In this document: one piece after another, positions 48,213 to 56,863 of the stretch | How positions within the stretch are numbered: position 1 is the first letter of the stretch | Layout: each line of letters opens with the position of its first letter | Virus record (IMG/VR): IMGVR_UViG_3300033475_000011 | Coordinates: 1 to 64,000 of that record | DNA length: 64,000 bases | From: a virus | Lineage: Duplodnaviria; Caudoviricetes | Reading direction: 5' to 3' (one strand) | Made by a program: the position numbers and the translations under genes | Notes under the pieces: model-generated | What the model saw: only the letters and a program-made list of their open reading frames with translations | Databases searched by the model: none | Told to the model about the DNA's origin: nothing

Positions 48213-48509
48213 ATGGCTGTCCGGAACTTCGCTGACCGACCAAACATCCTGCAAGCCGTGTACTGGGACGGCAGCAACCCAGCGGATGTACAAGACCTTC
48301 TCGCCCAGGCGCCGTACTGGACCGGCGTCCAAGACGGCGACATGTGGCACATCTCCGGCAGCAACGAGTTCGACCTTCCTGTGGACTACTGGCTGGTCTC
48401 CGAATCCGCTGGGTACAGCTTGTACTCCAAGTCGGACCAGGACTTCACATTCCAGTACTCGGAAGTCGCCGGTGGTGAACCGTTCTCGTACGGGATCACC
48501 GGCATGTAG
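48213..48509 (+). CDS. hypothetical protein
   Basis: After fiber; aromatic-rich. Confidence 0.6.
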   Translation: MAVRNFADRPNILQAVYWDGSNPADVQDLLAQAPYWTGVQDGDMWHISGSNEFDLPVDYWLVSESAGYSLYSKSDQDFTFQYSEVAGGEPFSYGITGM

Positions 48510-48586
48510 CTGGGTCGAACGAATCTTTCAGGGACATCCATCGGGGGAAGTCCACTCGTAGCACCAACACCTACAAGGGGGACGAG

Positions 48587-48889
48587 TTGGATGTCTTGGG
48601 CATCGGGAGTGCTCTACCAGTAGCAGGACCAGCAGCGATCCTCATCGTGATCATCGGCATCCTGCTTCGCCTATGGCTCAAATCATCGGGCGTGGCGGCC
48701 GCTGAAATCACCCGTGTCCGTGCGTCCTACTCGGCAGAAATCGAGCGGCTCACCAAGGACATCACAGAGCTACGCGAGGCGGTGGACAAACTCAATGCCC
48801 GCGTGGACGAAGAACGTGAACTCCGACGACAAGCCGAAGACAAAGCAGCAGCGGCGCTACGACAACCTGGGGGTTTGGATGCGCAGTAG
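48587..48889 (+). CDS. TM + coiled-coil lysis-associated membrane protein
   Basis: Single TM followed by coiled coil. Confidence 0.65.
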   Translation: MDVLGIGSALPVAGPAAILIVIIGILLRLWLKSSGVAAAEITRVRASYSAEIERLTKDITELREAVDKLNARVDEERELRRQAEDKAAAALRQPGGLDAQ

Positions 48890-49646
48890 GAAAGGGTGGC
48901 TAGCGCTCCTCATCGCCATACTCGCGTTGCTGGCATCCGGGTGGGCCGTGTGGGAACAGGTCTCCACCGCGCGGGCCCAGCACGCCGCCCAGCAGCAGGC
49001 TAAGGATGTGGCAGACCCTGTCGCGGCCCTGTGCGCCTCTGACCCGTCCATCTACGCGCAACTGTCCGCAGACAGCAAAGCGCGGTGGGACCGGGCATGC
49101 TCGAAGGCCGCTGAGGTGCAGAACGCGCCCGCGCCCCAGACTCCCGCCGCGGGCCCTTCTGATAGTCAGGTTGCTGCCGCTGTTGATGCGTGGCTTGCTG
49201 CCCACCCGCCTCCGGCTGGGCAGAACGCCACCCCCGCCATGGTCGCCACCGCCGTGGCCCAGTTCCTCGTGGCCAACCCGCCGGAACCTGGTCGGCCACC
49301 GACCGCAGCGGAGATCGCCACCGCAGCATCCACCTACATCACGGCGCACGCCGACGACTTTCAGGGCCCGGCGGGGAAGAACGCCACCGATACCCAGGTT
49401 CAGGCCGCTGTCTCCGCGTACTGCGGGCAGGACACCGGCCCGTGCCGCGGCCCAGTCGGAGACAAGGGCGACACCGGACCGCAAGGCGTGTCCATCGCCG
49501 ACGTGAACTTCGAACGCGACAACACCGGCACCTGCCAGGTCATCGTGACCCTGCACGACCCGGCGACCGGGAACGACTCGACCGTGACCCACCCGGCGGG
49601 CGACGCGGCCTGCCCAACCACCTCTTCCCAGTCCCCAACCCCCTGA
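48879..49646 (+). CDS. membrane-anchored protein with short collagen-like GxY stretch
   Basis: N-terminal TM; GPVGDKGDTGPQG; Cys pairs. Confidence 0.7.
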   Translation: MRSRKGWLALLIAILALLASGWAVWEQVSTARAQHAAQQQAKDVADPVAALCASDPSIYAQLSADSKARWDRACSKAAEVQNAPAPQTPAAGPSDSQVAAAVDAWLAAHPPPAGQNATPAMVATAVAQFLVANPPEPGRPPTAAEIATAASTYITAHADDFQGPAGKNATDTQVQAAVSAYCGQDTGPCRGPVGDKGDTGPQGVSIADVNFERDNTGTCQVIVTLHDPATGNDSTVTHPAGDAACPTTSSQSPTP

Positions 49647-49656
49647 GGAGTCATCG

Positions 49657-50637
49657 ATGACCGAACCCACTCGTGCCGCCGGCAAGCTTGGGCGCCGCCC
49701 CAACGACCCCGACAAGCCCCGGCTGCGGCTCGCCCCGCGGCTCGACACCACTGTCCCCGCGCCGCCCGCGCTCGTCGACTGGCTCGACAAAGTCCAGTCG
49801 TGGCCCATGTACGCCAACGACCGCTACGGCGACTGCGTCTGGGCCATGATCGGCCACGCCATCGAGGCATACACCACCTACGGCAAGGGCGACACTGTCA
49901 CGATCTCCGAAGCCGATGTGCTCAAGAGCTATAGCGACGTGACCGGGTTCAACCCCGATGATCCGTCCACCGACCAGGGAACCGTCATCCAGGACGCCCT
50001 GAACTACTGGAAGACGACCGGTGTCGGCGGGCATCAGATCAAGGCGTTCGCACAGGTCGACCACACCAACCCGGACGAGGTCAAAGCCGCACTGAACCTG
50101 TTCGGTGTGCTGCTGGTGGGCGTGAACTTCCCCGCTTCGGCGATGGACCAGTTCAATGCCGGCCAGCCGTGGGACGTGCTCGACAACGACGGCGGCATCG
50201 AGGGCGGTCACGCCATCCACGTCGGACACGCCGACACTGACAACGTCACCTACAACCTCGTCACCTGGGGCGCTGTCGAAGGCATGACCTCGGCATGGTG
50301 GGCCGAGTACGTCGAGGAAGCGTGGATCGCGGTCACTGACGACTGGCTGTCCGAGGCTGGTACGAGTCCGGGAGGGTTGGACCTGTATGGGCTCGGTGAG
50401 GACTTGTCGGCGCTGACTGGTGAGCCCAACCCGTTTCCCGCCCCCGAGCCCACGCCGGTTCCTGCACCGACTCCTACCCCTGAGCCTCCGGCCCCGTCGC
50501 CGGAGCCGGTAGACGACCTGGAGGCCGATCAGAAGTTCGCGGGCACTCTGCATCACTTTGTGCGGAACCCGTGGCTGTACAGCCCCCACCACCTCGCCCT
50601 GGTTGCCAGGAAGTGGCTCGACGCCAGGGGGTTGTAG
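49657..50637 (+). CDS. papain-like cysteine peptidase
   Basis: NDRYGDCV (Cys), GGHAI (His), TWG. Confidence 0.75.
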   Translation: MTEPTRAAGKLGRRPNDPDKPRLRLAPRLDTTVPAPPALVDWLDKVQSWPMYANDRYGDCVWAMIGHAIEAYTTYGKGDTVTISEADVLKSYSDVTGFNPDDPSTDQGTVIQDALNYWKTTGVGGHQIKAFAQVDHTNPDEVKAALNLFGVLLVGVNFPASAMDQFNAGQPWDVLDNDGGIEGGHAIHVGHADTDNVTYNLVTWGAVEGMTSAWWAEYVEEAWIAVTDDWLSEAGTSPGGLDLYGLGEDLSALTGEPNPFPAPEPTPVPAPTPTPEPPAPSPEPVDDLEADQKFAGTLHHFVRNPWLYSPHHLALVARKWLDARGL

Positions 50638-51588
50638 ATGAGGTGGGCTGACTACGCAACCGGCCGGCCCCCGGCCGCGGCAGTGAAGGCAGCCGGGTTC
50701 GGCGGGGTGATCCGGTACGTCGGTATCGGTGGTGGGGGCACGCTGCCGTACAAGCGGATCACCGCCGCCGAATACCAGGACCACGTTCGGAACGGGTTGC
50801 AGGTGCTGTTGGTGTGTGAAGCGTCCACCACGGACGCGTGGGGTGGCTACAACGCCGGTGTCACCAACGCCAAGGCAGCCCTCAATGACGCCCGCGCGCT
50901 GAGGATCCCCGACAGTGTCGGTATCGCCGCCGCTGCGGATGCGCACGCAGCGAACCAGGCTCAGATCGATGCTGCTGTGGCCTACGCACGCGGTTTCCAA
51001 GACGTGCTGGGGAAGGCCCGCACCGGCTTCTACGGGTTCTCCGAGACCGTGACCGCTGTCCGCAACGCGGGGATCGGGTCTTGGTACTGGCGGTGTGGCT
51101 CCCAGCCCAGCGCGGCGGAGAAGACCTGGACGCACCTGTGGCAGCGCAACGACGGAACCACGAAGGTCGCCGGGACCACAGTCGACATCAACGAGCAGTA
51201 CATCCCCATCACAGCGCAGGAGGACGACTTGACCCCCGACCAGAGCGCGAAACTGGACGCGATCTACAACCAGCTCACCGGCTCCACCACGACGGGTGAG
51301 TACCCGGGCTGGCCGCAGCTCGACGGCAAAACTGTCGTGGACTACCTGGGAGAACTGCCTGACAAGGTGTGGGACTACCAGCTCAAGACGCCCGGCTGGG
51401 CCGACCCGAACCGTGTGGCCGCGGCTGGCGCGATCGTCGGCAATGCCGATGTGCACACCAACGCCATCCTCGACGCGATCGGGAAGGTCACTGTCGGTGG
51501 TGTCGACGTGAACAGTCTCGCCGCAGCGCTTGTGACCGCGCTCGGCCCAGAGGTGGCTAAGGCCATCGGAGAGAAACTGGTGGCCTGA
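50638..51588 (+). CDS. endolysin, DUF1906/GH25-like glycoside hydrolase
   Basis: AAVKAAGFGGVIRYV, AAADA, TGFYG, LWQ...VDIN. Confidence 0.85.
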   Translation: MRWADYATGRPPAAAVKAAGFGGVIRYVGIGGGGTLPYKRITAAEYQDHVRNGLQVLLVCEASTTDAWGGYNAGVTNAKAALNDARALRIPDSVGIAAAADAHAANQAQIDAAVAYARGFQDVLGKARTGFYGFSETVTAVRNAGIGSWYWRCGSQPSAAEKTWTHLWQRNDGTTKVAGTTVDINEQYIPITAQEDDLTPDQSAKLDAIYNQLTGSTTTGEYPGWPQLDGKTVVDYLGELPDKVWDYQLKTPGWADPNRVAAAGAIVGNADVHTNAILDAIGKVTVGGVDVNSLAAALVTALGPEVAKAIGEKLVA

Positions 51589-51857
51589 TGCTCAACGACA
51601 AACTCATCTCGTGGCTGCGCACCGTACTGCCCTACGCGTGGTCCCTCCTCGTCGCATGGCTCGTGTCGCACGGCCTGCCGCACGAGGTCACGGACTGGCT
51701 GTCCGGCATGGGTGAGCAGATCACCAACCTCGTCATCGCCGGGGTGCTGTACGGTTTCGCCCGCTGGGTGGAGCCGTATCTGCCGGGCTGGCTGAACGTC
51801 CTGTTCTTCGGCAGCCCGGCGACCCCCACCTACCTGGCCGCGCGTAGCGAGGAGTAA
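51588..51857 (+). CDS. holin
   Basis: LRTVLPYAWSLLVAWL; TM helices after the lysin. Confidence 0.75.
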   Translation: MLNDKLISWLRTVLPYAWSLLVAWLVSHGLPHEVTDWLSGMGEQITNLVIAGVLYGFARWVEPYLPGWLNVLFFGSPATPTYLAARSEE

Positions 51858-51862
51858 CCCCA

Positions 51863-52240
51863 GTGGCTGGGTACAGCACTGGGGCGAAAGATGCTGGGGT
51901 CAACGCGATACGGGCGCTGTTGACCTCAAGTGCGGGCTACGTGTCCATGCACACCGGTGACCCGGGCACAACGGGCGCAAACGAAGTGACAGGCCGAACC
52001 GGGTATGCCCGGCAGGGCTCGACATTCCCTGCGGCGAACGGTGGGACTGGATCGCAGGGCGGCCAGGTCGCTGTGCCGATCGGGACTGCCGGGTCGTCGG
52101 TGTCCCTCACCTACTGGGGCCTGTGGACCGCCGCCACCGGCGGTTCATGGGTTACGGGGGGTGCCCTGTCGCAGACCGAGGTTTTCTCGACGGCAGGGGG
52201 CACAATGCAGTTCACCCCCACCCTCGCTGCTGCGGGGTAA
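51863..52240 (+). CDS. tail-fiber-associated protein
   Basis: HTGDPGTTGANEVTG..YARQ. Confidence 0.7.
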   Translation: MAGYSTGAKDAGVNAIRALLTSSAGYVSMHTGDPGTTGANEVTGRTGYARQGSTFPAANGGTGSQGGQVAVPIGTAGSSVSLTYWGLWTAATGGSWVTGGALSQTEVFSTAGGTMQFTPTLAAAG

Positions 52241-52243
52241 GTG

Positions 52244-52627
52244 ATGGCACTCGAAGCCGCATATGCCTTTGACGGCACCGGAACCACAGTGACAGACCTG
52301 TCCGGCAACGGGCGGGACCTGAACCTGACCGGCACAAACGGTGTCCAGGTGTCGGGTGGTCAGACTGGGAACGCGCTCGGCAAGACAGGCACCACCATGC
52401 CAGTCCTACCGAGCGCTGTTCTGGCCGCTTGTCAAACCGATGACCGCACCATCATGTTCGATGACAGCGACTGGCGCACCGTCACCTGGCTGGCCGGTGG
52501 GGTGTTCGGTGTCCTCGTCGGCCCCGATGACGGCATCCTGCTTGCTGCTGGGGTGTGGGACGTGTGGGGTCAGGTCCTGGACAACCCCGAGCATCCGATC
52601 GGCAAGCAGACCATTCGCATCACCTGA
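52244..52627 (+). pseudogene. probable fusion remnant: LamG-like N-terminus plus unrelated C-terminus
   Basis: YAFDGTGTTVTDLSGNG start ends abruptly at RTIMFD. Confidence 0.45.
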
Positions 52628-52719
52628 CCGGCCGCCACCCTCTCTGCTGGCGGCTGTTGATGGCCCCGCGCTCCCCGCTCCCTCCTCAGGCGGGTTGAGC
52701 GCGGGGCCCCTTTCTTGCG

Positions 52720-52748
52720 TTGCGGGCATAGAACACGTGTTCTACCTT
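52720..52748 (+). promoter_or_regulatory. SigA-type promoter overlapped by a LexA-like box
   Basis: TTGCGG-17bp-TACCTT; TAGAAC-ACGT-GTTCTA at 52729-52744. Confidence 0.65.
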
Positions 52749-52754
52749 GTTGGC

Positions 52755-52955
52755 GTGTCCATCCTCGCTCGCCGCACCCCGGACGGGCGTGAGCGCTGGT
52801 TCACCCACCCCGCCGTGCTCCGCAAGCTCGACGGAGACTGGAAAGTCGTGCGTGACCTCACCGAGCAGGAAGAGCGCATCTTTCGACGCTGGGGTGACGG
52901 TCTCCCGCCGGAGCCGGAGCTACCGCGACCCAAAGGTCGCCGGACGCACGGCTAG
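52755..52955 (+). CDS. 66-aa leaderless protein
   Basis: GTG 6 nt after the -10 hexamer. Confidence 0.55.
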   Translation: MSILARRTPDGRERWFTHPAVLRKLDGDWKVVRDLTEQEERIFRRWGDGLPPEPELPRPKGRRTHG

Positions 52956-52956
52956 C

Positions 52957-53433
52957 TCACATCTTCTTGCCGCACCGGGTGCAGCGCCATTCGCCCTTCA
53001 CCTCAGAGTAGGTGTGCCCTCCCACACCGGCGGGGCACGAGTCGTCCTCTGAGACGATCTCGGCGCACACGTCAACAACCTGCTCGCGGGACACCCGGAT
53101 GCTCGCGTACACGGACGAACCCTTCCGCGCTGTCGACCGGTGCACGTTCGCCGGGTGGAGCAGTAGTTCGTTCTGCTTCTGTGCCCAGTCGTCTGCTTCT
53201 TTGCCGACCTCGAGGAGCTGGGCGCGCATCCAGTCGGCCACCTCATCAGGGGATTGGAGCACCGCCACGCTGGGCGTCGCCTTCCGCGCTTCCGCCCCTG
53301 CCCGCTTCCGGTCCCCATCGCGCACGTCACGTCGCTCTACGTATCCCTGCCACATGCGGCACATCATCCCGTGCCGCGCTGAGGTGGTCAACGCCGCGGT
53401 CGACAGATGGGGCGTGTCGGAGGCGGCGGTCAC
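52957..53433 (-). CDS. hypothetical protein with C-terminal C/H Zn motif (start uncertain)
   Basis: CPAGVGGH...CTRC. Confidence 0.5.
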   Translation of the reverse strand: MTAASDTPHLSTAALTTSARHGMMCRMWQGYVERRDVRDGDRKRAGAEARKATPSVAVLQSPDEVADWMRAQLLEVGKEADDWAQKQNELLLHPANVHRSTARKGSSVYASIRVSREQVVDVCAEIVSEDDSCPAGVGGHTYSEVKGEWRCTRCGKKM

Positions 53434-53494
53434 AACATAATCTGTATTATGATTGTGGTTGTAAAACAGAGTTTTGGATCTTGAGGAGATGGCG

Positions 53495-54265
53495 ATGCGT
53501 GACGCGCTAGGCGATCGCATGAAGGAGCAATACGAGAACCGCACCAGATATCTACTCCCGCGTCGCACCTACTCGGTGATCCGGCTCGACGGTAAGGCGT
53601 TCCACACCTACACCCGTGGTCTGCAACGCCCGTACGACCAGCAGCTCATGGACGACATGGCCGCTACTGCTCGCTTCCTGTGCGAGACCATCCAGGGCGT
53701 CGCGCTGGCGTACACCCAGTCAGACGAGATAAGCATCCTGACCGTCGACTTCGGCACCCCGAAGACCCAAGCATGGTTTGACGGGAACGTGCAGAAGGTC
53801 GTGTCGATATCGGCGTCGATGGCCACCGCGAAGTTCAACGCGCTCCGCCCTGGCAAGCTGGCGTACTTCGATTCGCGGGTGTTCACCATCCCCGATCCCG
53901 TTGAGGTCGTGAACTACCTCATCTGGCGACAGAAGGACGCCACTCGCAACTCCATCTCTATGGCCGCTCAGTCCCAGTTCTCGGCGAAGCAGCTCCATGG
54001 CAAGTCCTCCAGTGAGATGCAGGACATGCTGTGGTCGGAGCACGGGATCAACTGGAATGACTACGATCCAAGGTTCAAGCGCGGGACCGTGGTCTATCCA
54101 GAGCGGGTGATCGGGTCCGTAGAGTACGTCGACAAGCGAACTGGCGATACGAGGACTGCCGACAACGTTGAGCGCAGGGTGTGGACCATCGACGCGGCAC
54201 CTATCTTCACACGCGACGCTGACTTCCTAGCCTCCTACCTACCGCAGGCCACGGTGGCGGCGTGA
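53495..54265 (+). CDS. thg1: tRNA-His guanylyltransferase / Thg1-like protein (TLP)
   Basis: VIRLDGKAFH, YTQSDEIS, FDG..QK..S..AS, FDSRVF, Y..WRQ.DA.RNSI. Confidence 0.93.
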   Translation: MRDALGDRMKEQYENRTRYLLPRRTYSVIRLDGKAFHTYTRGLQRPYDQQLMDDMAATARFLCETIQGVALAYTQSDEISILTVDFGTPKTQAWFDGNVQKVVSISASMATAKFNALRPGKLAYFDSRVFTIPDPVEVVNYLIWRQKDATRNSISMAAQSQFSAKQLHGKSSSEMQDMLWSEHGINWNDYDPRFKRGTVVYPERVIGSVEYVDKRTGDTRTADNVERRVWTIDAAPIFTRDADFLASYLPQATVAA

Positions 54266-55341
54266 CCAGCCTCGTCCCCACCTCTCCGGTTCCCGCGCCA
54301 GGTGGCGATGAGGACGGCTGGCGCGACACTCTCCAGCTCGTCGGGCAGTGGCTTGTCGAGTACAGCGGCAACAGCCGCGCCACCTATGCCGACGCCATCG
54401 GCTGGCCCTACACCGCCACCGGCAAATGGCGCGGATACGGCGCAGTCCGGCACTCCCTAGGCTGGCTGTCCTGGTGCTACACCCACAGTTTGCACGTCTT
54501 CGACGCCAAACGCCTACATGTCCTCGCCTGGGTCGATGAACTCAACCATTCGCGCCACCCTGACACCGGGAAACCGCTTTCGAAGCGGTCCCGCGCACAC
54601 ATGGTCGCGACCGCCTCAAGCTTCTACACGTGGTGCATGCGGGAGGGGCACACCGAAGCCAACCCCGTGTCGCTCGTTGACCGGAAGAAGCAGGGACTAC
54701 GGACCAGCAAGGACAAGTCCCCCACCCGTTCCCTGTCCCGCCGCGAGGCGCACGCGATGATCCGCGCAGCCGACGCCGATCCTGTCGAGGCGGTACGAGC
54801 GAGGACCGCGGCACTGATCGCGCTTCTCTTCGAGGTCGGCCCCCGGGTTTCCGAAGTATGCAATGCCACCCTCGCTGACATGTACGTGCAAGACGGCCAC
54901 CGCGTCCTACACGTCGAACTGAAGGGGAAGAAAGACCACGAGTATGCACTACCGGATCCGGTGTGCCGACGTATCGACGCGTACCTAGCATCGCGCCGCG
55001 ACATGGACTTGCTGCCCGCGCGACGTGGCCAGGTCAACCACGCGACCTCGCCACTCTTCGCCACCGCGACAGGGAACCCGATCAGCCGGACCGAGGTGTG
55101 GACACTGATCAACCGTATTGCGAAGCTAGCCGGCATCGACCAGCCGGAGACCGTCCACCCGCACGTTGGCCGCCACACCTACATCACCGAAGCGCGCCGT
55201 CAGGGACGACAAACCGCTGACATTCAAGCTTCGGTCGGGCACGAGTTCGCTTCCACCACGGATCGGTATGGGCTGCACATCATCAATCTGGAGAAGAGCC
55301 CGGCCTACGGTGTCGCTGCCGCGTTCGAGGAGGACGAATAG
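54262..55341 (+). CDS. XerC/D-like tyrosine recombinase
   Basis: GPRVSEV (R), LKGKK (K), HPHVGRH (HxxR), STTDRY (Y). Confidence 0.9.
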   Translation: MTSLVPTSPVPAPGGDEDGWRDTLQLVGQWLVEYSGNSRATYADAIGWPYTATGKWRGYGAVRHSLGWLSWCYTHSLHVFDAKRLHVLAWVDELNHSRHPDTGKPLSKRSRAHMVATASSFYTWCMREGHTEANPVSLVDRKKQGLRTSKDKSPTRSLSRREAHAMIRAADADPVEAVRARTAALIALLFEVGPRVSEVCNATLADMYVQDGHRVLHVELKGKKDHEYALPDPVCRRIDAYLASRRDMDLLPARRGQVNHATSPLFATATGNPISRTEVWTLINRIAKLAGIDQPETVHPHVGRHTYITEARRQGRQTADIQASVGHEFASTTDRYGLHIINLEKSPAYGVAAAFEEDE

Positions 55342-55362
55342 CGCAGGCAGGGCGGAGGGCGT

Positions 55363-55470
55363 CTACTCCCCTTCGGAGTCGGCGTGGTCCTGGTCGATCG
55401 GATCGGGCTCGAACACCTCGCCAGTCTCGAGGTCCCAGATGTCGCCGTTGCTGGACTCGAAGAAGCTCAC
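55363..55470 (-). CDS. 35-aa very acidic peptide
   Basis: MSFFESSNGDIWDLETGEVFEPDPIDQDHADSEGE; GTGA overlap with the upstream ORF. Confidence 0.45.
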   Translation of the reverse strand: MSFFESSNGDIWDLETGEVFEPDPIDQDHADSEGE

Positions 55471-55688
55471 GGCTCCAACTCCCGAGTCGTGGCCTTCTCA
55501 ACATCGGCCGCATACGTGACGAGCTCAGAAGCCAGATCGGTCAACAGGAACCCCAACGTTCGCAGTTCGTCTGCGGGTAGGTGGCCGTGTTCTGCCTGGT
55601 AGTCCAGCATCCGCTGCGCCGCACCACCCATGCCCTTGTTGACCTTCGACAGCATGTAGAGGAGCCGGTACTCCTCGGAGAGGCTCAC
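55467..55688 (-). CDS. hypothetical helical protein
   Basis: GTGA overlap. Confidence 0.55.
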   Translation of the reverse strand: MSLSEEYRLLYMLSKVNKGMGGAAQRMLDYQAEHGHLPADELRTLGFLLTDLASELVTYAADVEKATTRELEP

Positions 55689-55891
55689 CGGGTGCGCCGG
55701 AACGGGATACAGGTCGGGCAGTCGACCAGGCCGCGGATCGCGATGTGGTCGCGGGTGTCGTCCGCGGTGCATCCACATGATGTGGACAAGATCGTGAAAT
55801 CGGGGGATGTGGACAGCCACACCACGTGGTGTCGTACCCCCGCGACCGCGGCGAAGCAGTCCACGGCGCGGCTTTTCACAGCTATCGACAT
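55685..55891 (-). CDS. small Cys/His protein
   Basis: H...CGC...CPTC. Confidence 0.5.
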   Translation of the reverse strand: MSIAVKSRAVDCFAAVAGVRHHVVWLSTSPDFTILSTSCGCTADDTRDHIAIRGLVDCPTCIPFRRTR

Positions 55892-56238
55892 GGTGTCTCC
55901 TGTGGCAGGCCGGTGGGTGCGGGGTAGTCGGGGTCACCCGCACCCACCGGTGTCGAGGCCCGGCCGTCCCGCCCTGGGGCCACCTGGGGGCGTGGCTGCG
56001 GGACGACCGGGGGTAGAGACCATGCGTGTGCCGCCCACTCCTCGGCACACACATGGCAGTCATAGACGGCGGGGGTGGGTCGCCTCGAACCAACGGTGAA
56101 CGTGTCGCCGTCGATGAGTGCGACCGCTTCCCCCGCCGTGGGCTCGGACGGCACGCGCGTCAAGTGCCGGAGCCCATCAATCACTGGCTTGTAGCAGTCA
56201 GGCCATTGGCTGTCGTCGAAGTTCAGGGGGCCGCTCAC
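55882..56238 (-). CDS. Zn-finger hypothetical protein
   Basis: RH...GEAVALIDG...DCHVC. Confidence 0.55.
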   Translation of the reverse strand: MSGPLNFDDSQWPDCYKPVIDGLRHLTRVPSEPTAGEAVALIDGDTFTVGSRRPTPAVYDCHVCAEEWAAHAWSLPPVVPQPRPQVAPGRDGRASTPVGAGDPDYPAPTGLPQETPCR

Positions 56239-56495
56239 ATCTGCCCCCGATCGCGCCGGCCGCGTTCGATCGCGGCGTTCCGCAGATGGGTGATCAGTTG
56301 GACGACGCCGCGATCATCAAGCCGGGTCGGGTCGACTTGATCCCCAACCAGTAGCCCAAGCTCGACGTGACCGTTTTCCCGGAGGAGCACGAGTCTGATC
56401 GGGACGAGGCGTCCGTCCGCGTCGTAGCCGTAGGCGATCCACACCGGGGTATGGCGGGGCTTCGGAGACACGAGAACGCTCCTCCCAGGAGTCAC
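56235..56495 (-). CDS. hypothetical protein
   Basis: GTGA overlap. Confidence 0.55.
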   Translation of the reverse strand: MTPGRSVLVSPKPRHTPVWIAYGYDADGRLVPIRLVLLRENGHVELGLLVGDQVDPTRLDDRGVVQLITHLRNAAIERGRRDRGQM

Positions 56496-56713
56496 TGTTG
56501 GCCGCCCTCCTCGCGTGCTTCGACGAAGGTGTGGGCGTGGGTGACGAGTTCCCGGTCCACGCCGGGCACAAAAATCGCTAGGTGTCGGCCGTCGACGAGG
56601 AGGGCGAAACGGACTCCGTGGTCGGTGCGCAGGCGGCCTGCGACGATCGGGACGGGGTTCCAGGCGAGGTCATAGGCGGTGGCGGACCATGTTTCGATCC
56701 AGTCCGGATTCAC
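56492..56713 (-). CDS. hypothetical protein
   Basis: GAGGAGG RBS. Confidence 0.55.
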   Translation of the reverse strand: MNPDWIETWSATAYDLAWNPVPIVAGRLRTDHGVRFALLVDGRHLAIFVPGVDRELVTHAHTFVEAREEGGQQ

Positions 56714-56764
56714 AGCTTGACCTCCTCCCCAAGGGGGCTAGAGTGGCCACAACGCCAACACTGG

Positions 56765-56863
56765 TGGTTCATGAACCAGTGTGTGGTTCATGAACCACCA
56801 GCGCAATGCTCCATTCGAGTGACACGCGAAGATGTGTCATGAACCGCTAAGCTGTGGTTCATG
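56765..56863. promoter_or_regulatory. tandem TGGTTCATGAACCA palindromic operators
   Basis: Full copies at 56765-56778 and 56784-56797; partial copies near 56837 and 56855. Confidence 0.7.

Noticed and set aside
49651-51456. 601-aa minus-strand ORF
   Set aside because: Antisense shadow of the peptidase and lysin genes.
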